A stretch of 63,917 nucleotides of DNA, counting the filler, from Peribolospora baueri (taxonomy: Eukaryota), in assembly GCA_029717555.1 (NCBI GenBank). It is 6 parts of 6 records of this genome, joined end to end, with 100 filler letters (N's around TTAATTAATTAA, not from the genome) between each part and the next. Parts side by side here need not be neighbours in the genome. Positions count along the whole stretch, not along the records: positions 12,389 to 24,578 come from JAMDHS010000175.1; positions 24,679 to 35,238 come from JAMDHS010000177.1; 4 more parts are not named here. One strand, 5' to 3'. The position numbers were made by a program, and so were the translations under genes. Below, one piece after another: positions 14,129 to 25,914 of this stretch; the first letter of the stretch is position 1, and the number at the start of each line of letters is the position of its first letter. A model generated the notes under the pieces. It worked only from the letters and a program-made list of their open reading frames with translations, made no database searches and was not told the origin of the DNA.

Positions 14129-16550
14129 ATGGGCTCGCACTCCGAGCCGATCCCTCTCGAGCCCCCGCACTCATTGCTCTCCCAGTCCAGCGCCAATGAC
14201 CGCTCGTTCCAGCCTGCCCAAGCGCGGACCAGCGTGTGCAATGCCCGCGCAGCGACGAGTGCTAACGGTCAACCTAGCCTCCCCGGTTCAACGGCGGCCG
14301 GCGCTGAGGACGGCGCCTCGATGCGACGCTCAGAGCGAGCGCAGGCGGCGCCAGTCCTCGACATCGCGAAAAACCCTCGACGACTCAAGGCTGAGTTCCG
14401 GCGGCGGGTGCTGCATTTCGCACCCAGCTGGTTTTCAGTCAAGTGAGCGAGCCTGAGTGGCACAAGCACGCAATCAGTCCGAGATGAAGGTGGTGATGGA
14501 TGGAAGGGCTGGGTGGGCAAGCCGATGCTCATCATCGTTCATTCTATCTACTTCCCGTCTCGCCTGTCCACGTCAAGCATGGGCACGGGCATCGCATCCA
14601 TTCTCCTCCACGAACTCCCCTACCAATTCAATGGGCTCCACCTCATCTCCACCCTTGTCTTTTTCCTCAATGTCTTTCTTTTCTTTTCTTTTTTCTTCGT
14701 CTCCATGTGCGTTCACCCGTCCCCTTCTTTACTTCCAGCTGTCCGAATCGGGCCCGCCCTGCGCTCAACCGTCATTAACAACCTTCGCTTCCTTCCTCCC
14801 CTCCTCTCAGTGCCCGCTACGTCCGATGGCCAAAGGTGTGGTGGGCGATGCTCTTCCACCCGCAGCAAAGCTTTTTCCTCGGCACCTTTGCCATGGGTTT
14901 TGCCACCATCGTTAATATGGTCGCCTTGACGGGCGTTCCCGCGTTTGGAAGGGGGTGAGTGGGTGAGCGAGCGCTTTGCTCGCCTTTTCCCGTGGCCTTT
15001 CACGGCCTTTACGACATCCTGATTATATTGCTCATCATTGCTTTTCCGCGTGTCGACCCTCGCACAGCATGGCCACCCTTGCGTGGGTCCTGTGGTGGAT
15101 CGACGCGGTCGCCTCGGTCACCATGTCCATCGGCCTACCGTTCGTTCTGTACGTGTGGCAAGGCAAGAGGCAGATCAGCAACACTCCTGCTTACCAATTT
15201 TATTTCCTGCCACCCCTGGCGGATTGGCTCGCCGCGCCAGATTCACTCGCCACGTGCAAACGATGGATAAGATCACCGGCGTTTGGTTCCTGCCTATTGC
15301 CGCCCCCATCGTGTGCTCCGCCTCAGGAGCCATCGTCGCCTCCGTGCTGCCGCCCTCGGAGGCTAGGCTCACCATCGTGGTCAGGTGAGGACGGATCGAT
15401 CTTATTCCTACCCAAAACTCGATCTCTCGCGTGCGCAGGCTCACGGTAGTCACCCATCTTCCGGCCTCGTACAGTTACATCATGTGGGGTCTCGGCGTGC
15501 CGCTCTGTTTCCTCCTGATGGGCTTGTACTTCTTGCGCCTATCCATCTACAAGGTGAGGGAAGCGGCGCGGATGGACGTCGAAGAGGCGTGTCCCACGGC
15601 GAGCGTTCAGTCGAAACATGCACGGTTCACCTTGTTTCTCTCCCTCGTGCCTTCAGATCCCGCCAGCCACACTTATCGTCTCCGTCTTCATCCCTCTCGG
15701 ACCGTGCGGCCAAGGTGGCTTTGGCCTCCTCCGCCTCTCCTCTGTCCTCCGCAGCCTTGCCCAGGCAGACGGCGTCTTTCTCGGCGGCGGGAGTCTGTAT
15801 ACCCCGGAGGAGGCAAACACCATGGCCAGTGCCGTTTACGGAGCCAGCATCATGTCCGTCCTCCCTCATCTCCTTGCTCTCTTCGTTCGATTAGCCCTTA
15901 TTGACGTTCGTTTGCGACCATCTCCGACTGATACGACAGCGTCGCGCTCATTATGTGGGGACTCGGCTTGTTCTGGTTCGTGGTGAGCGACCGCAGTCAC
16001 ATGTCTCTCGGGCTGGGGAAGAGGGAAGGAGGTCGAGTTTGCTTATCCCCACTTTTGCCCCTTGCCGCCACGGAGATTGCCGTTGCCGTCATTTGCGATC
16101 TCGCGGCCTGCCAGAAGATCGCGTTCAACATGGGCTGGTGGGTGAGTTAGTCGGCTACGACCCGCCGTCGCGAGTCATCGTCGGTGTGTCTCACTACGCT
16201 TTCTCCACTCCGTTGATTCCCCGACAGGGATTTACCTTCCCCATCGGGGTCTACGCCTCGTCGACGACGGCGCTGGCCGCAGAGCTCGACTCTGTGGCGC
16301 TCCGCGTCATTGGCACTATTCTATCCTTGTCCGTCGTGCTCCTTTGGCTCATCGTCGCCGGCAAGACGGCCGTCGCAGCGTGGAACGGGTCGATGTGGGT
16401 GTTTGCTGCCTGTCTTGCCTTGAGGGACGGACGAAGAGGGTGTTCTGACGATTCCGCTACTGATCACCCTTGCCACGCAGATTCGTAGCTCCATGCTTGG
16501 GAGAGAACGGCGAACCGCCAAGCGAGATCCCTGGCCGACAGTATCTATGA
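14129..16550 (+). CDS. TDT/SLAC1 family transporter (Ssu1/Mae1-like sulfite or dicarboxylate efflux)
   Basis: Spliced motifs HFAPSWFSV|NMGTG, MGFATI, WFLPIAAPIVCSASG, PLGPCGQG, FNMGWW|GFTFPIGV and terminal FVAPCL. Start codon uncertain (14129 or 14321). Confidence 0.88.
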
Positions 16551-17333
16551 AAGAGCGGCGTGGAGTAGCGCCCCGTCTCTCGACATAGACGGGAGGGTCA
16601 GCGATGGGAAGGTCCCACCTTCCGAATAGGATTGTATTGCAGCTTGACCGAATGGCCGAAGGACCACCCACCGCCGCAAGGGCACAGTGCGCGTACGTGA
16701 ACTAGGCATGTAGCCAGCTGAGGAAGACGAAAGGGTTAGTCGGACCCGGAACTGGAGAAGAAAGGTCATGCGTGCGCGAACGGCCAGTTAGTCCGTCCGT
16801 CGTTGAGCAGCGATGCCCATGTGTGTGGTGTCGACGGGAGCGCGGCATCAGAGGGCGCTTGGCATGGCCCATGTACGCTGAGAAGGAAAGGAGAGAAGAA
16901 AAGAAAAGGACGTATGAAATGCGTCCGCAGGATGCGTGACAACGCGAGATGTGACAACCGAGTCGTGACAGCCGAGTCGTGACAACTGTGCCGCCTCCGG
17001 CTCGGTGGCTCTTTTATACTCTATCCTGCTCCTCATATCGTCATCGTCGTCATCACCTCCTCTTCTTCATCTCCCCCTAAACTTCTCTCCCGCCGCCCGG
17101 CCTGACGCACTGCGGGGACGGTCCCACGGTATCAACGCCGCCGACTGTGGCGTCGATCAGGTCGATCGAACGAACAAATGCGGGGGAGGGTTCGTAACGT
17201 TCTTGTACTACCCCATCCTCGTCCTCATACTCGATACCCCCCTCTCTCCACTTCCATCTCGCCTCTCGCATCCGGCGCGAGACCAATCCAGCTGGTGCCC
17301 AATCCTGTACTTCCTGGGCTTGGCTAGGCCAGC

Positions 17334-20300
17334 ATGTCCGCCCCCGCTCGGCGTCACGCATTCGTCACCCTCGTCACCACAGACCACTACCTCGCCGGGG
17401 CCCTTGTCGTCGCCCACTCCCTCCGCGACGTCCACTCTGCCTCGCACGACGCCTTCGAGCTTGTTTGCCTCGTCACCCCGGACACTGTCGGCGTCCAGAC
17501 CGTTAGACAGCTGCGCAATGCCTTCGACGTCGTTGTCGGAGTCGAGGAGATCAGGGCCAAGAGGGACGCCTCCAAGGAGTTGGCTCTCCTCGGTGAGTCT
17601 TGCGTCGACGCAGCGACAAGTACAAATAACCCGCTCGCTCGCTTTCGCCGCCCTTTGTCTACGCATGGATGGACCGACCCCAAACCTTCCTCCCTTCAAA
17701 TCCCGCAGGCCGGCCTGACTTGACCTCCGTGCTCACAAAACTACACGCCTGGCGACTGACACAGTACGAAAAGGTCATTTTCCTTGATGCCGACACCCTC
17801 GTTCTGGTGAGCTGCCACAGCTTTGATTCCATGAACGCCTCTCCCCTGTCCGACCGCTCTCTTTCCCTCTGCTTTCTACAGCGTCCCCTTGCGCACCTAT
17901 TCCACTTGCCCTCCCACCTTGCCGCCGCCCCGGACGTCGGCTGGCCCGACGCTTTCAACTCCGGTTTCCTCGTCCTCTCCCCTTCCTTGGCTACATTTCA
18001 AGGCCTCGTTAGACTCGCTGACCAAAAAGGATCTTGGGACGGGGGCGATCAGGGATTGCTCAACGAGTACTTTGGCGAGGAGCGCGGCGGAATGGACGCC
18101 GAGTCAGACGGCCGTTCCGGCACAGCACAAGAACAGACCGCCCGCGACGATGGCGAAGAGAGAGAGCAAAGAGGGAAGGGATGGCAGAGACTAAGTTTTC
18201 GGTACAACGTCACGCCGACCGCCTCCTACACGTGAGTGCCTGCTGGTCTTGTTCTCGACTTGCGTGTCCAGCGGCTCAGCCGCTGTACTCATCCCTATTC
18301 TTCCTTCCCGAAAGGTATGCCCCCGCCTACCGACAGTACGGTCAGCACATCTCCGTCATTCACTTCATCGGCGCCGACAAACCCTGGTACCGGCCCCGCC
18401 CCGCCCACCCCCACCCGTCGTCCCGTCAAGGCCCTCCGGACGAGCCGACGCGTGACTACGATACCCTTCTCCATCTCTGGTTCGACGTCTACGAGCGACA
18501 CTACCCCTCCCAGCCTAACCCTGATGTTCTCGGGCACCCAGACGCCCCCGCCGTGCCTTTTACCGTGCCCCTCTATCAGGCGGTTTGGGACGCTGGTCGC
18601 AGGGGGCCAGACAAAGAGGCGTTCAAGCCGGTGCAGCCGGAGGATTTGAAAGAGATGTTTGCCCGCGGAGCGCATGCCTACGCGTCTGGACCTTCTGTCC
18701 TCCATCCCGAGCACGCCAGAATTGGCGAAGTGACGGAAGGGAGGTACGAGAGCATGCCGCTCGAAGGTCGCACTTCTCTTATTCGCCCTGCCTCGCTTCC
18801 CCCACCTGCCTCGCCTCCTCGGCCTCCGCACCCTTCCGACTCTCCTGTCCCTCTCCCCGTCCAGCCTCTCATGCAGCTGGCCAGAACGGCCTCTCCGCCT
18901 CCTCCGCCGGTGGCCACACACATCCTTCCTTCCCCACGTCCCTCCTCCCCGCCTCGGCTCGTCTGGGACCCGGCATCTTCAGCGCCTCCCAAGGACTCAA
19001 TGCAGATGGCCCACCCTCTCGACACCTCTTTCCGCAACATGTGGGATTCTGACCAGGACCGGCACAAGCAGCGAGAGTTCTTCGAGGCACCGAAAAGTTA
19101 TCCCGCCGTATCACCTGCGGTGGCGAAGGACATGCACTACTCGATGGGAAGCCAGGAACCCGTTGAAAAAGCGGAAGTAGGATCAGCGGCGAGGGCTGAA
19201 TCGACGCCGGATTGGAGCAAAATCAAGCCCGTGTTCCCTTGGGAGACGCACGCGACCAGGGAGCCTCCCATCAGGCGTTTCCCTCCCGGAGAGGAGCCTC
19301 GGGGGTACACTCCCGTGCACGCTTCCCCGAAGGCTCGCACCCCGGACCGTGGTGAGCCTCGACGCGTCTCGGTCGACTCTGCCCCCGTTGCCGCTACCGC
19401 CGCGCCGCCCGTCGGCTATGGTACGGTGGAGCTGGGTTTCCCGAATGTGTGGGACGCCGTTGGTCCCATTCGCGACTGGGCCGACCGGCGCTCCAGGCCG
19501 CCACCGCCTGCTTTTCCTTCTCCTCGGCACTCTCGCTCCGGATCCACGCCGACGGTGACGGACAGGGGCGGATGGTCGCCGAGCACTCCAGCCGGCACTC
19601 TCTCCCCGGTCTCGAGGAGGTTTGCTCGCCAAGGCGGTTCGTTCGATGGCAGTCGCGGCGCCGGCGACAGAGAGACCAGGCCATCGCTGCCACTGCTGGA
19701 GACGCCGCGAAAGGCGAGCGTACCGATGGATAGGGAGGCGAGCAGCCGAGACGGTGATGACGAGGGAGAGGAGGAAGAGAATGGCAAGCGCTCCGCCTCG
19801 TCCTTGCCTTCTGGCCTGGCTCGTTTCCCTCGTTCGAGCCGAGCTATGGTCGAGTACCGCCATCGCGGCGTGCAGGCGACTCCTCAGCTCAAGGCTCAGG
19901 GCGTGCAGACCGACTCCTCGTCCCTACTAGAGTCCTTTGTTCGCCCCTCCTCCGGAGCAGCTTCACCGGCGACCCTGCGTCACCAGGCGCACGTGCAGCA
20001 AACTTTTCCTGCCGCCGTCAGTCCGCCTCCCGGAGAGCCTGGCATGTGGCGGCAGGGGCTGGTCCAGCAGCGCCGTGCATCCGTGGAAGGTGGGAGAGGC
20101 GGTGGCGTGCCGTCGTTTTCGCCATCATCTGCCTCATCGCCCGCCGTCGCCGCTGCAGGAGGGTTCGAGCCCAAGCGATATTCTTTCAGCGGTGCTGCGT
20201 CCTCCGGCCCTCAGACGTCGCCGCTCGTCTCGCCGTCCGGCGACCTCGTCGTCGCCACCTCCGTCGCGACCAGGTCCGGCTACTCAGCCGCCTCCGTCGA

Positions 20301-20496
20301 CGCTGTCGCGGCGAACACGGAGGCGTCAGAGCCGCCTTTCTCTCAGACCGCCCCGCTCTTCCCTACCCCAGCGGCAGGAGGAGGAGCAACGAGGCGATTT
20401 GACCCGAGCACCAACGTTGACAACGTCAAGGCGGCCGGGATGCAGGCTCTCAGCCGGTTCGTGCGAGAGATGGAGGCGAGCGGAGTGAGGCGCTGA
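17334..20496 (+). CDS. Glycogenin-like GT8 glycosyltransferase with long Pro/Ser-rich C-terminus
   Basis: [37 protein letters not shown] (DxD), [29 protein letters not shown] and HFIGADKPW. Confidence 0.92.
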
Positions 20497-21252
20497 GAGA
20501 GGGCATCGAGTGACCCGATCGACGTCGTTCATTCCCGTCCCCATCCACATCATCCCGTTGCATACTACACGCTCTACGACAGAAAGGACCGAGATACCCG
20601 TCCCCATGCTTCGTCCTTGAAGTAGCCAGCTATGCCCCCTCCCTTGCTTGGGGCGCCGTTAACCCCAATTTCTCCGTCGGCCGACCATGGCTTGCTTTGG
20701 CCTAGCATTTTCATTCTCAATGCAATGCCCCTTTCCTCACACTCGTCTTCTCTTGCTCCTTCTCATTCAGTCGAGTTGAGCTCATCGCAACACAACATAC
20801 CATCGCCTTCTTACGTCTTCCCACCATCTCAATCTCACCATCTCAATCTCGTGTCGGTATTCACTCGCCTTCCTTGTTCTTCAGTCCATCTGTCTTCGTC
20901 AACCCCGTTCTTAGTTGCCATCTCTGCAATAGGTTACTCGTGTATCCTTCGATCCGTCTGTATGGGAACTCTCTCACTCTGTGGAGCCGAACCGAGAGGA
21001 TGCCAAGCGCGAGAGGAACACCCGTCTACGGTCGTAGGCGAAATGAAAAGGAAGCGGAAATGGGTCAGATTCGGTTGGTCGATGCGCATTACTCGGTATC
21101 ATGTCATCTCCAACGTGGATCGATGATATGGTGGGTTCAGGAGCAGGAGGATATCGATAAGCTGGCTGGGGGAGCAAAAATGGCATGGATGGTGATGGAG
21201 AGGTTTCGTCGCCATCTTGTGTCTCCTTCCCGCCGCAACTGCACTCGGCGCT

Positions 21253-21897
21253 TCATTCGTCCTCATCGGTGCCCTCGCCGTCCCACTCGTCGTCGGCCTC
21301 CCAGGGCAAGACATCCACATCCACGTCCTGAGGATCGTCCTCCTTCGGCCACCCGTCTTTGTCCGCCTCATAGCCATCTCCTTCGCCTTGACGCCCGGCC
21401 TTTTCGTCTCCTTTCCCCTCGTCCTCCTCGGTCAGGCACGACTCGGACGAGACGCTCCGCTTGACTACCTCTATGACGATGAACTCGCCTAGCCTAGTCT
21501 CCGCCACGGCCCGCAACCTCCCGCGCGAGTCCATCTCCACGTCGTAGCGGAGGAACCGTTCCGCCCTGTCTCCATTCATACCACCCGCAACCTTCTGATT
21601 TTCTTTTCCCTTCTCCGGTCCATTCCCCTTGTGCGCCCTCTTGTCGGCAAGGTACCTGCTGACCCCCTCGTTGGCCCCTTTCCGAGAGAGGTACACGCCC
21701 TCGATCGTCTTGAACGAGTCTGGACCACGCGTGGTGTGTCGGATGACCAGCCAGACGTACGTCGCCGTCGGCGTCGAGGTGATGGCAGCATTCGCTCTCG
21801 CGGTCTTGGTGGTGCCGTTGACGAGCTTGATCGCCTTCGTGCCGACCGCTGTGTCCTTGGCGTCCTTCTTGGACGTCGGTCTGAAAAGGCCGTACAT
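21253..21897 (-). CDS. Hypothetical protein (~214 aa) with acidic C-terminal tail
   Basis: Open frame with globular-looking segments (YVWLVIRHT, IEGVYLSRKGANE, FIVIEVVKR). No family recognised. Start uncertain. Confidence 0.5.
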   Translation of the reverse strand: MYGLFRPTSKKDAKDTAVGTKAIKLVNGTTKTARANAAITSTPTATYVWLVIRHTTRGPDSFKTIEGVYLSRKGANEGVSRYLADKRAHKGNGPEKGKENQKVAGGMNGDRAERFLRYDVEMDSRGRLRAVAETRLGEFIVIEVVKRSVSSESCLTEEDEGKGDEKAGRQGEGDGYEADKDGWPKEDDPQDVDVDVLPWEADDEWDGEGTDEDE

Positions 21898-22406
21898 GTG
21901 CGTGTGTTCTTTGGTGTCAGGGGCTGCGTGGCAGCCGGGTGTGAAGGGCACGCGAGCGAAGGGGAATGGTTAGAGGTCGTAGCCGTCGTCGTCGCAAGGA
22001 CGGTCTCACCCCGTTTTCTTTTCCTCAGTTGAGCGTTGCGAGAAAGAGAGACTTGTGGTACGAAGATGAGGATGGGGGCGTCGTCGACCTGATCTGCACC
22101 GCTTCGATCTCATTCATCTCCGCCATGAACCAGCAAGGGGTCGTGGCTCGCGTCAGCGCCGTTTGTGCGCACCGAATGTTCGTTATGAACGATAACGTGT
22201 AACCGGAGGTCTATCTGTACCTCTCTCCTTACGGATAATGCAGGCCCGTGCACCTCGTTCCATTTCATCTCTTGCCGGAGCGGAACCAAGCTAGCCCATC
22301 GATCGGCTCGAGCAGACAGGCGTATTATTTTTGCACGAGGTGCCATGGACGCGTACGTAAATCCAGGAGATAGACAGATGCTCATACAGATCCTACTCGT
22401 ACACCC

Positions 22407-23897
22407 TCACTCCTTTGCCTTGCCTTTCTCCGCCTGCCGTCGCTTCTGCTCCTGCGCTTCTTCGCATTCTTCCTTGGCGTCCGTGCACTCTTCCACTAAC
22501 AAGAGCATCTGCCATGTGGCGCGCCAAGAAAAGAGAGAGAGCCGTACATCAACAACATCCGTAGGTAGGCCGGGCACATGCGCACGACCGAACAGCTCAC
22601 ATTGATGACGCCAGTATCCAAGTCTTTGACCGGAAGAATCTTACTTCCACCGCTCTTGCTCGTCATCGCGCCGTCGTCTCCACCGCCGCCGGGCAGGTCA
22701 CGCCGTGAAGCCGGTATCCAAGGTCCCTCGGGAGGTTCCTGTCCGCACGGAAAAAAGGTAGGAGTCAGACGACTGATTTGAAAGCGACATGCGATGGACG
22801 CTCACGTCTTTGCTCTGTCCTGTCGGCTGGTGACCTTCGCCCATCTCTACGATTACGGAAAAGGTTAGGTCTGTTTCGTGTTGCGGTCCAATCGTGATCG
22901 TCAGTATCGTGCAGGGAGACCACGTCTCGACGGCGCTCCGTCCTCACCTTCAGGTAAAGGCGCGAGCTGCGCCTCGAGGATCATGAGCTTGAGCATGAAG
23001 GCGCGGAAGTAGAGTTCCATCGACGGTTGGTCGAGGCCATGGCGAATGCTGAGAGCGGGCATGAAGGATGTCCCAAGTCAGACATCGCACCCACGAGAGA
23101 ACGGTGCCGTTTAAAAATGGTGAACAACATGAGGCTCTCCGGTGCAATTTAAACGAAATCACCATCACCATCTCACCTAACATCTCGGTCTCCCCGATCG
23201 GTCTCGAGGAGATAATCGAGCTCGAAGATATACCGCTCAAAAGGCACGTCGCTGTCGTCTTTGATCACCACCACCGCTCGCGTGACCGAGTTCTGTGGCG
23301 CGGAAGGGGCAGCAATGAGCAATAACTGGTCAGCAAGGGACCGTCCACGCGCTATCCTACGCCGCCAAAACATTTTTCGCGCGCGCACTCCCGCTGCCAA
23401 CCTTTTTGATCTCTTCCGCCAGATAGCGCACAAGGTTCGCTATGTACTCGTTTAGCCCGGGGTGGCGCGACTGGTAGACAGGCGTATGATACTTCTTCCG
23501 ACGGGCGAATACGTCTGCGGAGAGGGAACATACAAGCGAAAGCCCGGTCGAATGGTCCACGCTAAGCAACCGGACCTTGCGCCTTTTTTCTTATGCAGAT
23601 GGTTGAACTGACCGCTTGGGTAGACCTGTCGTACGCAGAGAATGGTGTGAAGTGCCACTTCGACTACAAGTTGGTTGGGCCACGTCCATCGACGTTCAAT
23701 TCAGTCCGCGTCGGGATGTCGAGCAGCAGATCGGCACTCACTGAACTCTGCGATGGCTTGAACAGTCTCTTTTAACGAAGCAGACAAACACCATCAGTTT
23801 TCCGCTCAAATTGGAAAATGAAAGACATCGGGCGTCTCTCACCGTTATAGGTCAATGGAGGATAGTCCGGAACAGGGTCAACGCGCGACGTGGCCAT
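22407..23897 (-). CDS. REV7: Rev7/MAD2L2 HORMA protein (DNA polymerase zeta accessory subunit)
   Basis: Spliced translation MATSRVDP...EFIEVALHTILCVRQVYP...ARRKKYHTPVYQSRHPGLNEYI...FERYIFEL...LTFSVIVE...PWIP...KE-TGA. Confidence 0.88.
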
Positions 23898-24176
23898 CGT
23901 GACCACCGTCGTCCGACGAATCGATGCTACGCACGGTGGACCGCTAATGTGTCACAAGGCCCGTGCGACAGTCCCCCCCTGCTCCGGTTATGAGCTCAAA
24001 GAGGGCCGTTCAATTACACAGTAGAATGAAGTCCCCGAGCGTCCTGGTGGTGACTTTAGTCCTCAGCGTCGTTGCCCCAGGGGTGGATCAGCTCGATCGC
24101 TGCCGCAGTATTTCGCGAAGACCCACCCACCAGCTTGACAGGCATCTCTGCAGAACAACCACCTCATCCGCACAAC

Positions 24177-24431
24177 ATGGCGCCCCGCCCGTCTTCCTCG
24201 AACGCCACGACGACGTCCAAACCGAAGAAGCGTACGCGCACCCGCTCTCGCAAGACACGCACCGCCGCAGTATCGAGCTCGTCCAGCTCTTCCGAGTCAG
24301 AGTCCGAGTCGCAGGCGTCTTCCTCTTCGGCTTCTTTTGACTCGCATTCTGGTTCTGAACTGGCCACGAGGAAGGTGCGGCAGGGAGAAAAGGTGGAAGG
24401 CACCAAGAAAAGGGGCGAGACTCGACAGAGG
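24177..24431 (+). CDS. First exon of a basic/Ser-rich protein, possibly Rsa3-like; truncated at the contig end
   Basis: ATG 24177, divergent from REV7. KKRTRTRSRKTRTAAVSSSSSSS resembles my recollection of the Rsa3 N-terminus. Followed by a GTGCGT donor. Confidence 0.35.
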
Positions 24432-24495
24432 GTGCGTACGAGGAGCACGAGCTGGAGTGCATCGATGACGGTCTCAGACTGACTGTGCGTGTCCG

Positions 24496-24578
<83 letters not shown>

Positions 24579-24678
24579 NNNNNNNNNNNNNNNNNNNNNN
24601 NNNNNNNNNNNNNNNNNNNNNNTTAATTAATTAANNNNNNNNNNNNNNNNNNNNNNNNNNNNNNNNNNNNNNNNNNNN
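24579..24678. other. Artificial contig spacer
   Basis: N44-TTAATTAATTAA-N44. Confidence 0.99.
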
Positions 24679-25914
24679 CCCCTTCCCCCCCCCCCCCCCT
24701 CGTTCCTCGTACTGTAGTCGTTCAAGCAAGTAAAACGATCTTGAAAAAGAAGAAGAGGAAGTCGTTCATTTGGCGCTGTTGCGCGACTCGTCTGTCTGCA
24801 TATGGAAAGGAGGCGCTGTCGACCACCACGCCACGTTCTCATCCGTCCTTCTCGCTCGCCGCACATCTACCAACTTGTTGGGTTAGACGACCTACCTTCC
24901 TTCATCAGCGAGCGAGCGACATTGACGCGCCCTTTTTTCGTCCTGGCACGTCCTGGCGTGGCGATCGGCCTAGTCCCTTCCACCTGGGAAGCGGTGCATT
25001 CGTGCCTTTGTCGAGATTGGCGCAGAAAGACGGGGGGCGCACGACAACGAGCGTGGACCGACTCGACTGTCCAGGCGGCACCACCTCCCTCTCCTCCAAC
25101 GTATCGCGACTCGCTTTCGCCGATGCCGCTTCGACCGGCAGGGTACGTGGGCCCTGCCTGGCACCCTCCCCCTCCCATTCCCTACACCCGTCGTCGTCGT
25201 CGTCCTCCAAACCCTTCCTTCACAAGCTTCGTCCTTCGCTCCGCTCCGTTCCTCTTGGATGGCGGAGGCCCCGGAGGCGGTCCCTGGGACAAACAAGCTC
25301 AAGCTTAGGCGCCGGGGAGGCAGTGCATCCGTCCGTTTCCGTGTCCCGTCCCTTCTCCATGTCCTCTGATCGTCAGTGACTGACGTCTGGCGTCGGACGT
25401 TTTGCCTTTTGCTCTTCTATGCTTTTTCTCATCCCCTTTGTGATCTCTTCACGTTTCCGCTGCCGTTTGTGATCCATGCGCTGTGCCGCGAGGGAGCGCC
25501 ACCTCAGCCACGGCGGAGCCTCTCGTCTCCCCCCCGAGTCGACGTGTCTTGTCCAAAAAGCTACACGAGGGAGAGCATGGATCCGCCCGCCGGGCGCCGC
25601 TTTTTTCTCTGAGCCGGTCGATGAGCCGGTCTCTGTCTCTGATCGTTTGCATGCCCATGACGATGACAATGTACAACCGCTCTGGTCGGGAGTGGGAAGC
25701 GGTGTGCGTTATCCGACCGAAGGACAGTGGACCTATCCATCTCGCCTTCCGCCTCACGTCGTTATCTATGCCCCCGATCGCTTACATACGCTGTCGCGCA
25801 CACGTGGCGTCGCCCAAGCCACGTGCGCCGCGACGAGATGATAACAAACAGCCCGCCTACTTCGGCACATCCAAACCTTGCCTTACCTTCAGTCGTCCGT
25901 TCGCTTTCGCCGCC

